A DNA stretch of 38,456 bases from a virus, in the IMG/VR virus record IMGVR_UViG_3300045988_124250. One strand, given 5' to 3'. The notes beneath the pieces are model-generated. The model saw only the letters and a program-made list of their open reading frames with translations. It was not told the origin of the DNA and did not search any database. Positions 37,211 to 38,456 of the stretch are shown piece by piece; the first letter of the stretch is position 1, and each line of letters starts with the position of its first letter. Both the position numbers and the translations under genes were made by a program.

Positions 37211-38456
37211 ATGGCAAAACAACTAAATGTCGCATTAGATTTTACTGCGAATACCACACAAGCAAAATAGCAGATTTAGGAATTACAGCAGTTATTAACT
37301 AAAGTAGCATATAGTACTGATTTAGGTATTGATCCCAGTCAAATGAAAGAAGCTTCTGCGGCGGCTAAAGAACTAGCTATTCATTTAAATGAAGCATATA
37401 ATTAGAAAACTGGTAATTATGATTTAAGTAAATTAAATGCTAGTTTAGCTAAATCAAAAACTAATGTGACTGAATTATCTACCAGCTTACTCCAAGCGGG
37501 AACAACTGGACAACAAGCATTTATAAAATTAGCTCAATCAATAGCAGCTGCTGATTAGCCAATGATTACATTAAATGCTCGTTTATAGGATTTTTTAACT
37601 ACTGTTAAAAATACAGTTAAATGGCAAATTTCTTCAAGTATGATTCATGGTGTAATGGGAGCTTTACAAGGAGCTTATCATTATGCTTAGAATTTAAATA
37701 GTTCATTAAATGATATTCGAATTGTTACTGGTCATAATATTGACTATATGGATAAATTTGCTGATAAAGCAAATAAAGCAGCAAAGGCATTAAGCACTTC
37801 TACATTAAATTATACTGATGCTTCTTTGATTTACTATCAACAGGGCTTGTCAGACAAAGAAGTAGAAGATAGAACTGCGGTCACAATTAAAATGGCTAAT
37901 GCTGCTGGCGAAAGTGCAGATAAAATATCAGATCAATTAACTGCTGTCTGGAATAACTTCTATGATGGATCATAGTCATTGGAATATTATGCTGATGTTA
38001 TGACTGCATTAGGTGCAGCTACTGCATCAAGCACAGATGAAATAGCAGCAGGATTAGAAAAATTTGCAGCTGTGTCTAACACAGTAGGTTTAAGTTATGA
38101 ATATGCTACTTCAGCTTTGGCGACTGTAACTGCTACGACTCGTCAATCTGCTGATGTGGTTGGTACTGCATTCAAAACATTATTTGCTCGTATTCAAGAT
38201 TTAGAGTTAGGTAAAACTCTTGATGATGGTACTACATTAGGCAAATATTCTCAAGCTCTTGAAACTGTTGGTGTTTCTATTAAAACAGCAGACGGTGGGT
38301 TGCGAGAGATGGATGATATTCTTGATGATTTAGGTGAAAAATGGAATTCATTTGACGCTGAAGGGAATCCATTAATTTCTAAAGATGCTAAAGTGGCATT
38401 AGCTCAAACTGTTGCTGGTGTTCGTCAATATACACAATTAATGGCATTAATGGATA
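37211..38456 (+). CDS. tail tape measure protein, N-terminal part (continues beyond the window); at least 7 in-frame TAG
   Basis: AAAGGAG SD. ...DKFADKANKAAKALSTSTLNYTDASLIYYQQGLSDKEV...DEIAAGLEKFAAVSNTVGLSYEYATSALATVTATTRQSADVVGTAFKTLFARIQDLELG... is the typical tape-measure core. Confidence 0.65.

Noticed and set aside
20421-38000. ORF-track pieces in the late region (for example 20421..20714, 20907..21188, 22927..23133, 23491..23679, 23782..23967, 25037..25453, 25715..26227, 35839..36045, 36046..36282, 37748..37975) treated as separate short genes
   Set aside because: Adjacent pieces are in the same frame, separated only by TAG codons with no TAA or TGA. Each lacks its own SD and start, and the merged proteins carry contiguous TerL, portal and TMP motifs.

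Overview
This 38.5 kb window reads as a tailed-phage genome segment with two contrasting halves. (1) Positions ~800-17,270 carry about 35 small genes, all on the minus strand, in ~50% GC DNA. Most small genes have their own sigma70-like promoter (TTGACA-N17-TATAAT), a strong Shine-Dalgarno site and a GGGGA..TCCCC-type intrinsic terminator, which is the layout of a phage early/host-takeover region. Products I can recognise are an HD-domain hydrolase, a DnaQ-like 3'-5' exonuclease, a HAD phosphatase/nucleotidase, two GIY-YIG proteins, small membrane and Cys-rich proteins, and several tandem paralog pairs. About ten copies of a ~95 bp palindromic element are scattered through this half. Each element is a GC hairpin flanked by inverted TTGACA...TATAATGG promoter copies. 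There are also ORF-free promoter arrays. (2) Positions 17,270-18,000 are a 730 bp ORF-free control region with nested palindromes (ATTGTTAAATTTTTAACAAT), direct repeats and a ~75 nt nearly G-free tract followed, across a palindrome, by a ~75 nt A-free tract. (3) Positions 18.0-20.3 kb carry an AT-rich minus-strand module that includes an AbrB-like regulator and small membrane proteins. Divergent promoters sit at ~20.3 kb. (4) Positions 20.4-38.5 kb carry an AT-rich (~33% GC) plus-strand late module: two zinc-ribbon proteins, large terminase, a DUF559/Vsr-like endonuclease, portal, scaffold, major capsid protein, connector proteins, major tail protein, chaperones and the start of the tape-measure protein. 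The key observation is that nearly every late gene contains multiple in-frame TAG codons. Reading through TAG gives long ORFs with perfect Shine-Dalgarno spacing, and every gene in the window ends in TAA or TGA. This indicates amber (TAG) reassignment to a sense codon, most likely Gln. The supplied ORF track fragments these genes at each TAG. The early module avoids in-frame TAG except for an AT-rich GIY-YIG homing-endonuclease island. The major capsid and major tail genes are TAG-free.
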